A DNA stretch of 32,000 bases from assembly GCA_026625185.1 (NCBI GenBank), contig CP113000.1, positions 2,892,651 to 2,924,650 of the forward strand, given 5' to 3'. Numbering within the stretch: position 1 is the first letter of the stretch; every line of letters starts with the position of its first letter. Below, one piece after another: positions 23,602 to 32,000 of the stretch. This stretch comes from Thermodesulfobacteriota bacterium. GTDB taxonomy: Bacteria; Desulfobacterota; WTBG01; JAGOGO01. The notes below the pieces were generated by a model. The model was given only the letters and a program-made list of their open reading frames with translations, was not told the DNA's origin and did not search any database. The position numbers and the translations under genes are program-made.

Positions 23602-24615
23602 TTATATTAACCCTACTCCATCTATTTTCGCCTGGCAATCCGGACACCTTCCTTCCTTAACCTTGTATCGCGAAATAGTAAATCCACTTCTTTCAATCAG
23701 AAGGTTGCCGCAGGAATAACAATAGGTGTTCGCACCGATTTCACCAGGAACATTTCCTTCATAGACATAACGAAGCCCAGCTTTAAGTCCGATCTCACGT
23801 GCCTTTCTCAAAATTTGAATTGAAGTCCGGGGTGGATCATTAAGCTTATAGGTTGGATAATAAGCAGAAATATGCCAAGGAATGTTTGCATCGAGATGGA
23901 AAATAAAATCAGCAATATTTTCAAGTTCCTCATACGAGTCATTATAGGTAGGGATTATAAGCGTGGTGATTTCTAACCAAATCCCCAATTGCTTGTATAA
24001 CCGCAGTGATTCTAAAACGGGCTCAAGCCGTGCCCCGCATATCTTTTTATAAAAAGTATCAGAAAAACTTTTGAGATCTACATTGGCACCATCCAAATAG
24101 GGCTGAATGTTCCGGAGGGCTTCGGGGGTTATATAGCCATTAGTAACAAATATATTTTTAAGTCCTTGCTGATGTGCCAAGACCGCGATGTCAGAAGCGT
24201 ATTCATAAAAGACAGTCGGTTCAGTATAGGTAAAAGAAATAGAGCTACACTGATATTTTTTTGCGGTTTTTACAATCTCATAGGGGGAGACATCATTGCC
24301 GACGATTTTTCCATGATCCCGGACCAGCTGAGAAATACTGTAGTTCTGACAATGTTTACAGCTGAAATTACACCCGGCCGTAGCGATCGAAAAGGAGCTG
24401 CTCCCCGGGTGAAAGTGATAAAGGGGTTTCTTTTCGATCGGATCAATCGCCTGTGAAATACATCTCTCATATACTAAGCTATAAAGAATACCTCCATTAT
24501 TCTCCCGCACCCCGCAAATTCCTCTGCGTCCGTCACGAATGAGGCACCGGTGATTACACAGCGCGCACCTGACGTCATTGCCTTCAAGTTTCTGGTAAAA
24601 CAACGCTTCTTTCAT
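23602..24615 (-). CDS. AmmeMemoRadiSam-system-type radical SAM enzyme (PFL-activase-like)
   Basis: The N-terminal VRCALCNHRCLIRDGRRGICGVREN, then KKPLYHFHPGS, then the radical-SAM cluster motif GCNFSCKHCQN, together with a length of 337 aa, fit the AmmeMemoRadiSam family pattern. ATGA start/stop overlap with the upstream permease. Its stop abuts the PBP start codon with a 0-nt gap. Confidence 0.8.
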   Translation of the reverse strand: MKEALFYQKLEGNDVRCALCNHRCLIRDGRRGICGVRENNGGILYSLVYERCISQAIDPIEKKPLYHFHPGSSSFSIATAGCNFSCKHCQNYSISQLVRDHGKIVGNDVSPYEIVKTAKKYQCSSISFTYTEPTVFYEYASDIAVLAHQQGLKNIFVTNGYITPEALRNIQPYLDGANVDLKSFSDTFYKKICGARLEPVLESLRLYKQLGIWLEITTLIIPTYNDSYEELENIADFIFHLDANIPWHISAYYPTYKLNDPPRTSIQILRKAREIGLKAGLRYVYEGNVPGEIGANTYCYSCGNLLIERSGFTISRYKVKEGRCPDCQAKIDGVGLI

Positions 24616-26167
24616 CCGGATTTTTCCCTATGGTTCGAAATACCGGCAGTCAGAAAAAAAGCTCCCCCCATTGTCAGATAGCCTATAGAAAAATAGGGAG
24701 AACTATTTAACCCTATCACACTTATTATGCCACTGCCAATTATTTTATACGCCTGGATGACCCCGACAAAAGAAAGCAGACTACCAATAATTGCCCAGCA
24801 CCCTGTTTTAAAAAATTCTTTTTCAATCACAAAAACGACGATTGCCGCCAGAATCATCGCCGTAAGAATAAACCCTCGTTCCAAAGCAATCATTCCTGAA
24901 ATATAAAAGCCGTTCGATCTAAAAACATCTAAACTTATTGTTGCCCAGCTTTTTCCGGCTATCCCTAACGTTTTTTCCATAACCGAAATTCCATAGGCCG
25001 CCACCGCAGGAAACAGTCCGAAGGCAACTGCAGGGGCGTGCTTTAAGGAAGTTGTTTGGAAGGCCTGAGCAGTCATAATGATACCAATCCAAAGCACAAT
25101 GGCGGCTCCAGCTTCAATGGGTATCAAATTGAATATTAGATTAACCAAACCGGAAAGACAAATAAAACCGATAAAAAAAGCGTTCAGAATTGAATAACCG
25201 GATCGTGCGCCAAGCGCTTTCCATCCGGGGTGACCGATATAGATGGTGGTGGGAAAGCAGGAGCCAAAAAGAGACGCAGCGATCGTCCCGATGCCGTTTA
25301 TTGCCAAAGAAGGCATCGTCGGAAAACGATCACCCGCCGCTTCAGCGCTCTCGATATTTTGCAGCGAACCAATCACGTTAATGATACCCATGGGAAAAAT
25401 AATGGAAAAATATTTCCACGCATAATCGGTCGCTAAAATCTCTCCAATCTCTCCCCCTGAAAAGGTAGGAAGCGTAAGATGAAATTGTGCCAAAGAGTTT
25501 TGCAAAGCAACAGGATCCATGTAACTAAAACCCCAAGCTTGAAGAGCACCCAGGCCAGAACGGTTCCCGTGCCAAGCGCCACCAGACCGCCGGGAAGTCC
25601 AAAGGGAAATCTTATCCGGGCGAAATACTCAATCAGAATGATTGAAAATGGTAAAAAGGCAATCAGGGGTCGATCAAAAATCCGAAGAGCGAAATCCATC
25701 CCAATAAAAGTAATCGCGATGCCGGCCAGGCCTGAAAGCAACGCTGCTCGAGGAGTATGCTTCCTTATAAATTCTGCTCCCAAAGCCCCGACCAGTTCTA
25801 TTATGCCACTTCCCAAACATGCTAACAACCCAACCTTCCAGGCCATTTCCGGATTCCCGGTTTCTAATTTCACCGGGAGCATAACAAAAAATATAAAGGC
25901 AAATAAACTCGGAGTATTAATGCCGAACGGGAGAGCAGTTACATCGTTGCGTTTTTCTCGGCGAGAGCACTTCCGTGCCTGCCACGCGTAAAAAATATTA
26001 CCGATAAAAATTGAAATTGCAGCGCCGGGAAGGATTATCCCAAAAACTTTTGTTGGGCTTATACCGCAAACCTGTTGACAAAGAGCACCGATGACAATTA
26101 GCTGCATCAGGTTATCTGTCATTAAACCAAAAAAACCGTCGATGTCCTTTTTAACGAACAAAGCCAT
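24612..26167 (-). pseudogene. NCS2/AzgA-like (xanthine/uracil permease superfamily) membrane permease split by a 1-nt frameshift
   Basis: Track ORFs 25433..26167 and 24612..25520 are both polytopic and overlap by 88 nt in different frames. Motifs include [13 protein letters not shown] and GSLQNIESAEAAGDRFP. Adding one base in the A4C4 run at 25527-25534 (GGGGTTTT on the coding strand) joins ...VLFKLG to [11 protein letters not shown]... into one ~518-aa ORF. Confidence 0.7.
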
Positions 26168-26195
26168 TTATTAGTGTGGTTTTAGATCGCCCTTT

Positions 26196-27005
26196 TCAAT
26201 AACTGGCATCAGGAAAAGAACAAATCTGCCGGGGCTTTTCCACCATTTTATACATTTGGGGAGATGACCACCCCCCTTGGATTAATTCGTCGTCAACATC
26301 TCTTAAAATCCCATCATGGATTGCCCAACTCCGTCCTCTTATTGTTTTGTGAAAACCTATTTGCCGAAATGGCGTTGATCCATCCAATTTTTCACAAAGA
26401 ATGCTTCCGGGTTGAAAAAGCTCATTGATTCGCCTCATCATCTTAAAACCTTCAAAATAAGAAAAACCATACCTCTCATAGATTATGGCATTATGATAAA
26501 AAAGACCATCCAATAAGATTGACTTTACCCCCAAGATACGACAAAAATGTTCTAAACAATGCAAAAATTCCCCGGTAAGCCTTAAAGCATGTTTTATCTG
26601 TCCGGGGGCCAAACCTGCATGAAGCGCTCTTATCTCTTCGGTTATGTTGCGGTTAGCTCGACCAAAAAGAGTATCCTTCCCCAGCGGATCGACATCAGTA
26701 TTAAACCTTTCACTTTGAGGATCATTGACAATAATAAAATCCAAACGAATTTGGGTCCTGTCCTTAGTATCAGAAACTTGCACAAAGAAAATAGAGTCCT
26801 GGTCTGCAAGGTCCTGTTTAACTTCAACCAAGGTAGCATTATCTTTTGGCGGACAATAAAACCGGACGAGACGTTCACGTTTTTCATTTAAAAAAAGGAT
26901 AGGGTGAATATGAAAACGATGAAAAATAGACGGAGGAATAAGAATCCGGTAAAGTCCCTCTTTCTCAATATCAGATAGATGACTTATTTTAAAAATCCAA
27001 GACAT
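26196..27005 (-). CDS. Hypothetical conserved-looking cytoplasmic protein, 269 aa
   Basis: The ORF is clean, with an AGGAA RBS about 9 nt upstream of the ATG at 27005 and an 11-nt gap to the upstream gene. I recognised no family. The segment LLDGLFYHNAIIYERYGFSYFEG is vaguely acyltransferase-like, but no diagnostic motif is present. Confidence 0.6.
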   Translation of the reverse strand: MSWIFKISHLSDIEKEGLYRILIPPSIFHRFHIHPILFLNEKRERLVRFYCPPKDNATLVEVKQDLADQDSIFFVQVSDTKDRTQIRLDFIIVNDPQSERFNTDVDPLGKDTLFGRANRNITEEIRALHAGLAPGQIKHALRLTGEFLHCLEHFCRILGVKSILLDGLFYHNAIIYERYGFSYFEGFKMMRRINELFQPGSILCEKLDGSTPFRQIGFHKTIRGRSWAIHDGILRDVDDELIQGGWSSPQMYKMVEKPRQICSFPDASY

Positions 27006-27016
27006 TGTTCTAATTC

Positions 27017-28087
27017 CTAAAACTTATAGAGTTCGTCAAGCTGCGTAACAATCTTCTGTGTTGCCACATCACCACCCAGAAGTTGAACAAAGCGTTTAAG
27101 CTTGTAAACATCCTTAAAGGTAATATGTGTCTGCTGCCTTTGAATCTTCTCCATAGTGACAAAAGTATCAAATGGGGTTACTACCAAGGGTATTCCCAAA
27201 TCGCCACAGGTATTAACGATGATAGGAGCAGGCCTTCTACCTCCGGTAAGCAAAATACCGGTAACTTTGGATGAACTTAGAGGGGTATTTAAGCTATCCA
27301 ATTCAAGGCCAAGCAGAATAATTTTATTATAGATCCGCCGAAACAAGTGTAATGAGCCTTTGAGATGCGAAGAACTTATCGAGGTGCTCTCCACCAAGTT
27401 TTCGAGACGATTTTCACCAGTCAGTACCTCACCCCGAATAATATCAACAATGTTTCTCACCGTTAAAGAGGTCAGTATTCTATCCTGAGGCACAAGAAAA
27501 ATCATCGGTGTTCCTCTTTTTTGAAAAAAAGGAACAAGTTTATTATATGCGGTATCCAAACTCTCCAACGGTATCTGGTTAACAAAAACAAACTTAACCT
27601 TATCTTTTAAAAATGAGTCGATCGCAAGCACAGAGTACATACTTATATTTTCATTTTGAAACCTGTCTACCAAAAGGACCGGGGCATTGAACCTGTTCAC
27701 TAATACCCCATCAGGAAGGTAAGGAGAATCAGGTTCATAAAAAATTTTTTCGGATCCCATAATAATGAGTGCATCCTTTTCTTTCTGCACTTTTTCATAG
27801 CATTCATCAATCTGTATCAGCTGTTCTTCCCGGGCAACCTCATCACCTGGAACTCCTTCAGGAATCACCGGGCATAAAAGACTTAATTCTTCCGGCAGGT
27901 TAAAATATTCTTTCATTAAGAGCGCATCTTCATCGATAATTTGGCCATTGTGTGAAGCCGGACGGGTAACAAAGGGTTTAAAGAAACCAACGCGCAATCC
28001 TTGAGAACGAAGCATTTCACCTACACACCAGGCAGCGAGACTTTTTCCAGACCGAACCCCAGTAGAACTAATAAATATTTTTTTCAT
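27017..28087 (-). CDS. Stand-alone phosphotransacetylase-N-terminal-like protein (BioD/CobQ-like nucleotide-binding domain plus DRTGG domain), 356 aa
   Basis: The N-terminus MKKIFISSTGVRSGKSLAAWCVGEMLRSQGLRVGFFKPF parallels the E. coli Pta N-terminal domain (IMLIPTGTSVGLTSVSLG...KGVRLSVFKPI). The C-terminal segment VTGILLTGGRRPAPIIVNTCGDLGIPLVVTPFDTF fits the DRTGG-domain pattern. There is no Pta catalytic domain. Confidence 0.7.
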   Translation of the reverse strand: MKKIFISSTGVRSGKSLAAWCVGEMLRSQGLRVGFFKPFVTRPASHNGQIIDEDALLMKEYFNLPEELSLLCPVIPEGVPGDEVAREEQLIQIDECYEKVQKEKDALIIMGSEKIFYEPDSPYLPDGVLVNRFNAPVLLVDRFQNENISMYSVLAIDSFLKDKVKFVFVNQIPLESLDTAYNKLVPFFQKRGTPMIFLVPQDRILTSLTVRNIVDIIRGEVLTGENRLENLVESTSISSSHLKGSLHLFRRIYNKIILLGLELDSLNTPLSSSKVTGILLTGGRRPAPIIVNTCGDLGIPLVVTPFDTFVTMEKIQRQQTHITFKDVYKLKRFVQLLGGDVATQKIVTQLDELYKF

Positions 28088-28108
28088 TTTATTTCACGTC
28101 ACTAATAG

Positions 28109-28474
28109 CTATTCTAAAGATTTTTTTATTAAATCAATAAGGTGCTGAGGAGCAATTGGTTTTGGCAAAAACAGATTTGCACCCATTTCCATGCCTTTTT
28201 TCTTATCCTCAATACCGCTTTTGGCAGTAAGCATAATTATCGGTACAGCCTTATACTCGTCTAGCTCTCGAATTTTCCCGCAAAGCTCAAATCCATTCAT
28301 ACCGGGCATGAGTATATCAAGGATCATAAGATCAAATTTCTTTTTGTTGAGTTTTTCTAAAGCATCATCGCCGTTATTTGCAGTTGTAACATCATAGCCA
28401 CTGGGCGAAAGGAGCGCTTCTAAGGCTATTAATACAAGGTCATCATCATCAACTACTAATATCTTCTTTGCCAT
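28109..28474 (-). CDS. Single-domain CheY-like response regulator receiver
   Basis: KILVVDDDD, the phospho-acceptor context FDLMILDILMPGMNG, IIMLTA and LPKP are present. There is no output domain. An AAGGAAG RBS is present, and the gene overlaps the kinase gene by 26 nt. Confidence 0.9.
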   Translation of the reverse strand: MAKKILVVDDDDLVLIALEALLSPSGYDVTTANNGDDALEKLNKKKFDLMILDILMPGMNGFELCGKIRELDEYKAVPIIMLTAKSGIEDKKKGMEMGANLFLPKPIAPQHLIDLIKKSLE

Positions 28475-30857
28475 TTTTTTCTTCCTTGTTTAAATTTAAA
28501 TTACTCGATATCGCCGGAAGGATTACCCTAAACGTAGCCCCCTTCCCTATCTCGCTATCCAGTTCTATCCTCCCTGCATGCTTTTCCACGATCCCAAAAC
28601 AGAGGGAAAGTCCAAGACCAGTCCCCCTTCCAACCGCTTTAGTAGAAAAAAAGGGGTCAAAAATCTTATACTTAATTTCTGGCGGGATACCTGGACCAGT
28701 ATCAGTAAAGGAGATGATAATTTCTCCCGGCGTTCCATTTTTGGCTCGATAAAAAGAACGTATAATAAGCTCTTTATTCGAATGCTGCATATCTAAAGCA
28801 TCCCGGGCATTACTAATGATATTTAAAAAAACTTGTTCGAGCTGCGAAGCACTTCCCATTACTTTAGGCAAGTCCCCTGAAAAATCCTTGGTTACCTCGA
28901 CCTGGTGGTCAAGGAGCATCTGTCCGGTAATAAGAAGAGAATTATTTAAGGGGATCATAATATCTAAGGCCTCAAACTTCATTTCACTTCCACGGGAGAA
29001 TTCCCCAAGGTGGTTGACAATCGTAGCAATCCGGTCGTTACAGCGTCCAATTAAATCTACAAACTCAATGATCTTTTTATGCGAGCAGTTTTTTTGTTGT
29101 TGATAATCCTCCTTAATTCGAAAAATTAAGGTCTGCGACGCCATAAGGGGGTTGTTTATTTCATGCGCTACTCCGGCAACCAAGTCTCCGAGTTCCCGCA
29201 TTTTTGCCGACTGGATAAGAGAAGCTTCAGCTTTTCTCAGCGCGGCCTCTAACCTTTTCTTTTCCGTCATATCTTTAAATATTCCAACCGTTCCTATTAT
29301 TTCTCCTTTAAAATTTTTTAGCAGAGACGCTGAAGTGTTTATCGGGATTTCTCTCCCACTTTTATCGGCCATGGTCATTTCATAATTAGTAAATTTCTGA
29401 TCCCGGCGTAGAATATTCATAATCTTTCGCGCCTCTGCTATTCCGTCCAGATAAAAAAGGGAAACATGGCTCCCAATTAATCTTTCTTTTTTATCATGGA
29501 GTATTTCCTCCAATCCGCGATTAACATAGGTAATCGTTCCTTTTTGGTTTGTGGTTATGATCCCATCGGCAGAACTTTCAAGTATGCTTTCCAGATAATC
29601 TTTAGTCTCGATTAACTCCCATTCGAGACGTTTACGCTCGGTTATATCACGAGAAATTTCTAAATAACCAATTAAATCCCCTTCCATATCTCTCATTGCG
29701 GTTATTACCGCTCGGCTCAGAAATACTTCTCCGTTTTTTTCCTTCCGCATCACCTCTTTTTCTAATGCATTACCAGCTTGGAGTTTACTAAATTCTTCCC
29801 ACTCAATAAATGATTCCTTTTTTTCCACGTAGGTTTTGTAAAGATACTCCCCTAATATTTCTTCTTTCTCCCACCCAAATATCTTGCGAGCACCAGTATT
29901 GAACTCTAAAACCTTCCACTGAAGATCCGTAGCAATAATGGCATACTCCGTAGAGCTTTCTAAAACATTAGTTAACAGGGTCGATATTCTTTTGTACTTT
30001 TCTTTGGATTCCAAAAGCTCTTGAGTGCGTTGCTTAACCAAGGATTCCAAGTTTTTCGTGTGCTCCTGGATCTGGGCCGCCATCCGGTTGAAAGAAAGAG
30101 CTAATTGGCCAATCTCATCTTTTTGATGAATGGCTACTCGTAAGGACAATTCTCCTTCTGCCATTCGTGAGGAAAGGTGGGTAAGCTCTAATATGGGTTC
30201 GGTCAGAAACCGGGCAAAAAATACCACCAGAGCTAACATGAGGGTTAAGGTGAAAATAGTTAAAATAAAGACTGCTTTTTGTGTCCTACCTACAGCTCCA
30301 AAAATTTCGCCCTCATAGCTTCCGGCAGCAATCACCCAACCCAGTTGAGACAGATAACGAAATCGGGTAATTTTCATACGCGGTGATTTTTCACCCAATT
30401 CTTTATTTATCCATGGATAGCGGATTTCCCCGGTACCTTCTCCCCTCAAAGAAATCGCTTTATAAATCATCTCGTTGATAAAATAATCGCCTTTGGAGTC
30501 CTGGCTGTAAAGGATATTTTCGTTTTCTTTGGTAGGATGAATAATGAGGTTTCCCTTCTCATCAATTATAAACGGATAACCAGTTTCTCCGATAATAATG
30601 TCTTTGACTACTTTTTTAATTTTGGAAAGTTGAGTAAGGGGGATGAATGGTTTATTGTTTTCACTCGATAAACTAATTTCACACAACGCGTAAATAGTAT
30701 TTACCACATGATCTAAATCTTTTTCCGCTCCATTTTTTAAAGCGGAATTAAGCTGGGTGGTGGCAAAATAAGCAAGCAGGATTAAGGGAATGATTACTAA
30801 AGGAGCAATAACTAAAATTAATTTATTCTGTATAGTCCAGTCAGAAATTTTTTTCAT
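28449..30857 (-). CDS. Sensor histidine kinase: TM, Cache-like periplasmic domain, TM, HAMP, 2x PAS, HisKA, HATPase_c
   Basis: The Cache-like segment is GETGYPFIIDEKGNLIIHP...YPW...GWVIAAGSY. The HAMP is FLTEPILELTHLSSRMAEGELSLRV. Two PAS-like modules are present (EYAIIATDLQWKVLEFN, DGIITTNQKGTITYVN). Kinase motifs are the H-box VAHEINNPL, the N-box NIISNARDAL, the G1 DTGPGI and the G2 GTGLGLS. Confidence 0.9.
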   Translation of the reverse strand: MKKISDWTIQNKLILVIAPLVIIPLILLAYFATTQLNSALKNGAEKDLDHVVNTIYALCEISLSSENNKPFIPLTQLSKIKKVVKDIIIGETGYPFIIDEKGNLIIHPTKENENILYSQDSKGDYFINEMIYKAISLRGEGTGEIRYPWINKELGEKSPRMKITRFRYLSQLGWVIAAGSYEGEIFGAVGRTQKAVFILTIFTLTLMLALVVFFARFLTEPILELTHLSSRMAEGELSLRVAIHQKDEIGQLALSFNRMAAQIQEHTKNLESLVKQRTQELLESKEKYKRISTLLTNVLESSTEYAIIATDLQWKVLEFNTGARKIFGWEKEEILGEYLYKTYVEKKESFIEWEEFSKLQAGNALEKEVMRKEKNGEVFLSRAVITAMRDMEGDLIGYLEISRDITERKRLEWELIETKDYLESILESSADGIITTNQKGTITYVNRGLEEILHDKKERLIGSHVSLFYLDGIAEARKIMNILRRDQKFTNYEMTMADKSGREIPINTSASLLKNFKGEIIGTVGIFKDMTEKKRLEAALRKAEASLIQSAKMRELGDLVAGVAHEINNPLMASQTLIFRIKEDYQQQKNCSHKKIIEFVDLIGRCNDRIATIVNHLGEFSRGSEMKFEALDIMIPLNNSLLITGQMLLDHQVEVTKDFSGDLPKVMGSASQLEQVFLNIISNARDALDMQHSNKELIIRSFYRAKNGTPGEIIISFTDTGPGIPPEIKYKIFDPFFSTKAVGRGTGLGLSLCFGIVEKHAGRIELDSEIGKGATFRVILPAISSNLNLNKEEKNGKEDISS

Positions 30858-30971
30858 AATATTTTCAAAATGGTTTCTATCACAAAAAAATAACCTTGAA
30901 CTTATTTTTTTTAAATTTATTTAATAATATTATCAAATAATTAGGTTAAATTCAAGCTATTTGTAGTTATT

Positions 30972-30994
30972 AAATTTTTATCGAATAAAAATTT
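30972..30994. promoter_or_regulatory. Perfect 10-bp inverted repeat (AAATTTTTAT-cga-ATAAAAATTT) upstream of the kinase operon. Its right-hand core, TTTTATCGAAT, recurs at 31101-31111.
   Basis: Read directly. The IR arms are 30972-30981 and 30985-30994. The 11-bp direct repeat TTTTATCGAAT is at 30976-30986 and 31101-31111. Both lie in the 486-bp AT-rich gap upstream of the kinase start at 30857. Confidence 0.3.
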
Positions 30995-31343
30995 TTATCT
31001 TTTAGTTCATGAGTGTAAAAAAATATAGCCAAAATAATTGATTGGTTGCTGTGTTCCCCCACTTCAATAGGATTTTTTATAAGGAAATTTTTAATAGATA
31101 TTTTATCGAATCAGGCGGGGGAAATAACTACCATGGTAAACAGGTTGGATTTTATTTTTAACTTAGAACCCGATTAAGTAATGATACCAAAAGAATCATT
31201 AATTACAATTGTAAGCATCATATAGAATTGTTACCTCGTATTAGCTCTAGAACGTCATTTGTGAAATTCATCCATAAATGTGACGGTCTTATCTTTGCAG
31301 AACACCATATACTGTATAAAAATTAATAAGTTACGTAGCAGGG

Positions 31344-32000
31344 TTAACCTTCCTTTAAATATCTTTCTATTTTTGCACCTTTTTTTAATTTTTCAAGATA
31401 TAAATCAGTTTCTTTTTCGATTTTATCATTTTTAAGCATCGCTGCTAAGCGATCTTTTATCTTTTCATACGCCATGGTTGTCTCCGGCTTTTTATCCGTT
31501 AGTTTAATTATATGATATCCGAAATCAGTTTCAACTATACCGCTCACTTCTCCTGGTTTTAAAGAAAACGCCACATCTTCAAACGGCTTTACCATCTGGC
31601 CCCTACTAAAGTAACCCAGATCTCCCCCTTTGGAATTACTGGGACAGTCAGAAAATTTCTTAGCCAATTCTGAAAAATCCGCTCCATTTTTTAACTGCTT
31701 TTGTATATCTTCAATCTTTTTCCGTGCCGCTGCCTTTTGTGCTGCATCTGCTTTTGGGTCAACCTTAATCAAAATATGGCTGGCACGAACTTGCGCGGGG
31801 TTTTTAAAAAAATTCGGGTTGCTGTCATAAAAGGCTTTGGTTTCTTGATCAGAAACCAATGCCTTTTGCCCAAACTTCTTTTCAACAAACTGCTGAACCG
31901 CAATTCCCATCTTAAACTTGTCCTTGATCCCGGTCTCAGATAAATTAAGTTTCTTCAAGAATTCATTTAATTTTTCCTGACTGGGTATTTGTTTTTTCCA
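31344..32000 (-). CDS. Parvulin-type peptidyl-prolyl cis-trans isomerase (PpiC/PrsA/SurA-like). The 5' end probably lies beyond the window.
   Basis: The rotamase signature reads VRASHILIKV...FSELAKKFSDCPSNSKGGDLGYFSRGQMVKPFEDVAFSLKPGEVSGIVETDFGYHIIK. The track start is TTG 31958, but the frame stays open to 32000 (WKKQIPSQEKLNEF...). The true start is therefore likely upstream, outside the window. Confidence 0.85.
   Translation of the reverse strand, partial: WKKQIPSQEKLNEFLKKLNLSETGIKDKFKMGIAVQQFVEKKFGQKALVSDQETKAFYDSNPNFFKNPAQVRASHILIKVDPKADAAQKAAARKKIEDIQKQLKNGADFSELAKKFSDCPSNSKGGDLGYFSRGQMVKPFEDVAFSLKPGEVSGIVETDFGYHIIKLTDKKPETTMAYEKIKDRLAAMLKNDKIEKETDLYLEKLKKGAKIERYLKEG

Noticed and set aside
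25190-25991. Plus-strand track ORFs 25190..25381, 25230..25436, 25243..25425 and 25479..25991 (170 aa)
   Set aside because: They are antisense to the permease gene. Their Arg/Pro/Ser-rich composition is typical of the reverse strand of a hydrophobic membrane-protein gene.
1-32000. Whole-window search for mobile elements, prophage genes, recognised defence systems (CRISPR-Cas, restriction-modification, retron/reverse transcriptase, Abi), rRNA and tRNA
   Set aside because: I could not recognise any transposase, integrase, RT, nuclease/helicase defence signature, terminal inverted repeats flanking a cargo, or structured RNA gene by eye. Absence is provisional until profile and covariance-model searches are run.

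Overview
This is an AT-rich chromosomal window. It looks like it comes from a Gram-negative, probably anaerobic, bacterium, judging by WaaA, a class A PBP, a lipoprotein, radical-SAM chemistry and benzoyl-CoA-reductase/2-hydroxyacyl-CoA-dehydratase-type chemistry. The lineage cannot be assigned without a database search. I support 26 protein-coding loci, 23 on the minus strand. One of them is a permease split by a single-base frameshift, and two run off the window edges. I recognised no rRNA, tRNA, CRISPR array, transposase or integrase. Left to right, the content is as follows. (1) A BCR/HGD-type operon at 1-3797: a small Cys-rich ATC-hydrolase-like ORF, two HGD-D-fold subunits and a BcrAD/HgdC-type ATPase. 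(2) A gene-poor, apparently degraded patch at 3627-5347, holding an orphan AbrB/SpoVT-fold gene and a small membrane protein. (3) An FHA-adenylate/guanylate cyclase fusion and rsmA. (4) The most interesting locus, a tightly packed four-gene operon at 7616-13362. It encodes a TPR protein, an MglA-like GTPase with a ~280-aa acidic tail, a polytopic TPR/zinc-ribbon membrane protein, and a PATAN(DUF4388)-TM-pseudopilin-like protein. No MglB/Roadblock partner is present. The operon is flanked divergently by a PP2C phosphatase and a double-FHA protein. (5) A 442-aa protein whose C-terminus is an HPr phosphocarrier domain fused to an unknown helical domain. (6) A 13.5-kb co-directional string: Cache/PAS histidine kinase, CheY-like receiver, Pta-N-terminal-like DRTGG protein, 269-aa unknown, frameshifted permease, AmmeMemoRadiSam-type radical SAM enzyme, oversized PBP1A, lipoprotein and WaaA. 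(7) A parvulin PPIase at the right edge. All functional calls come from motifs I read in the translations. No BLAST or HMM search was possible, so family assignments beyond the hallmark motifs are provisional.
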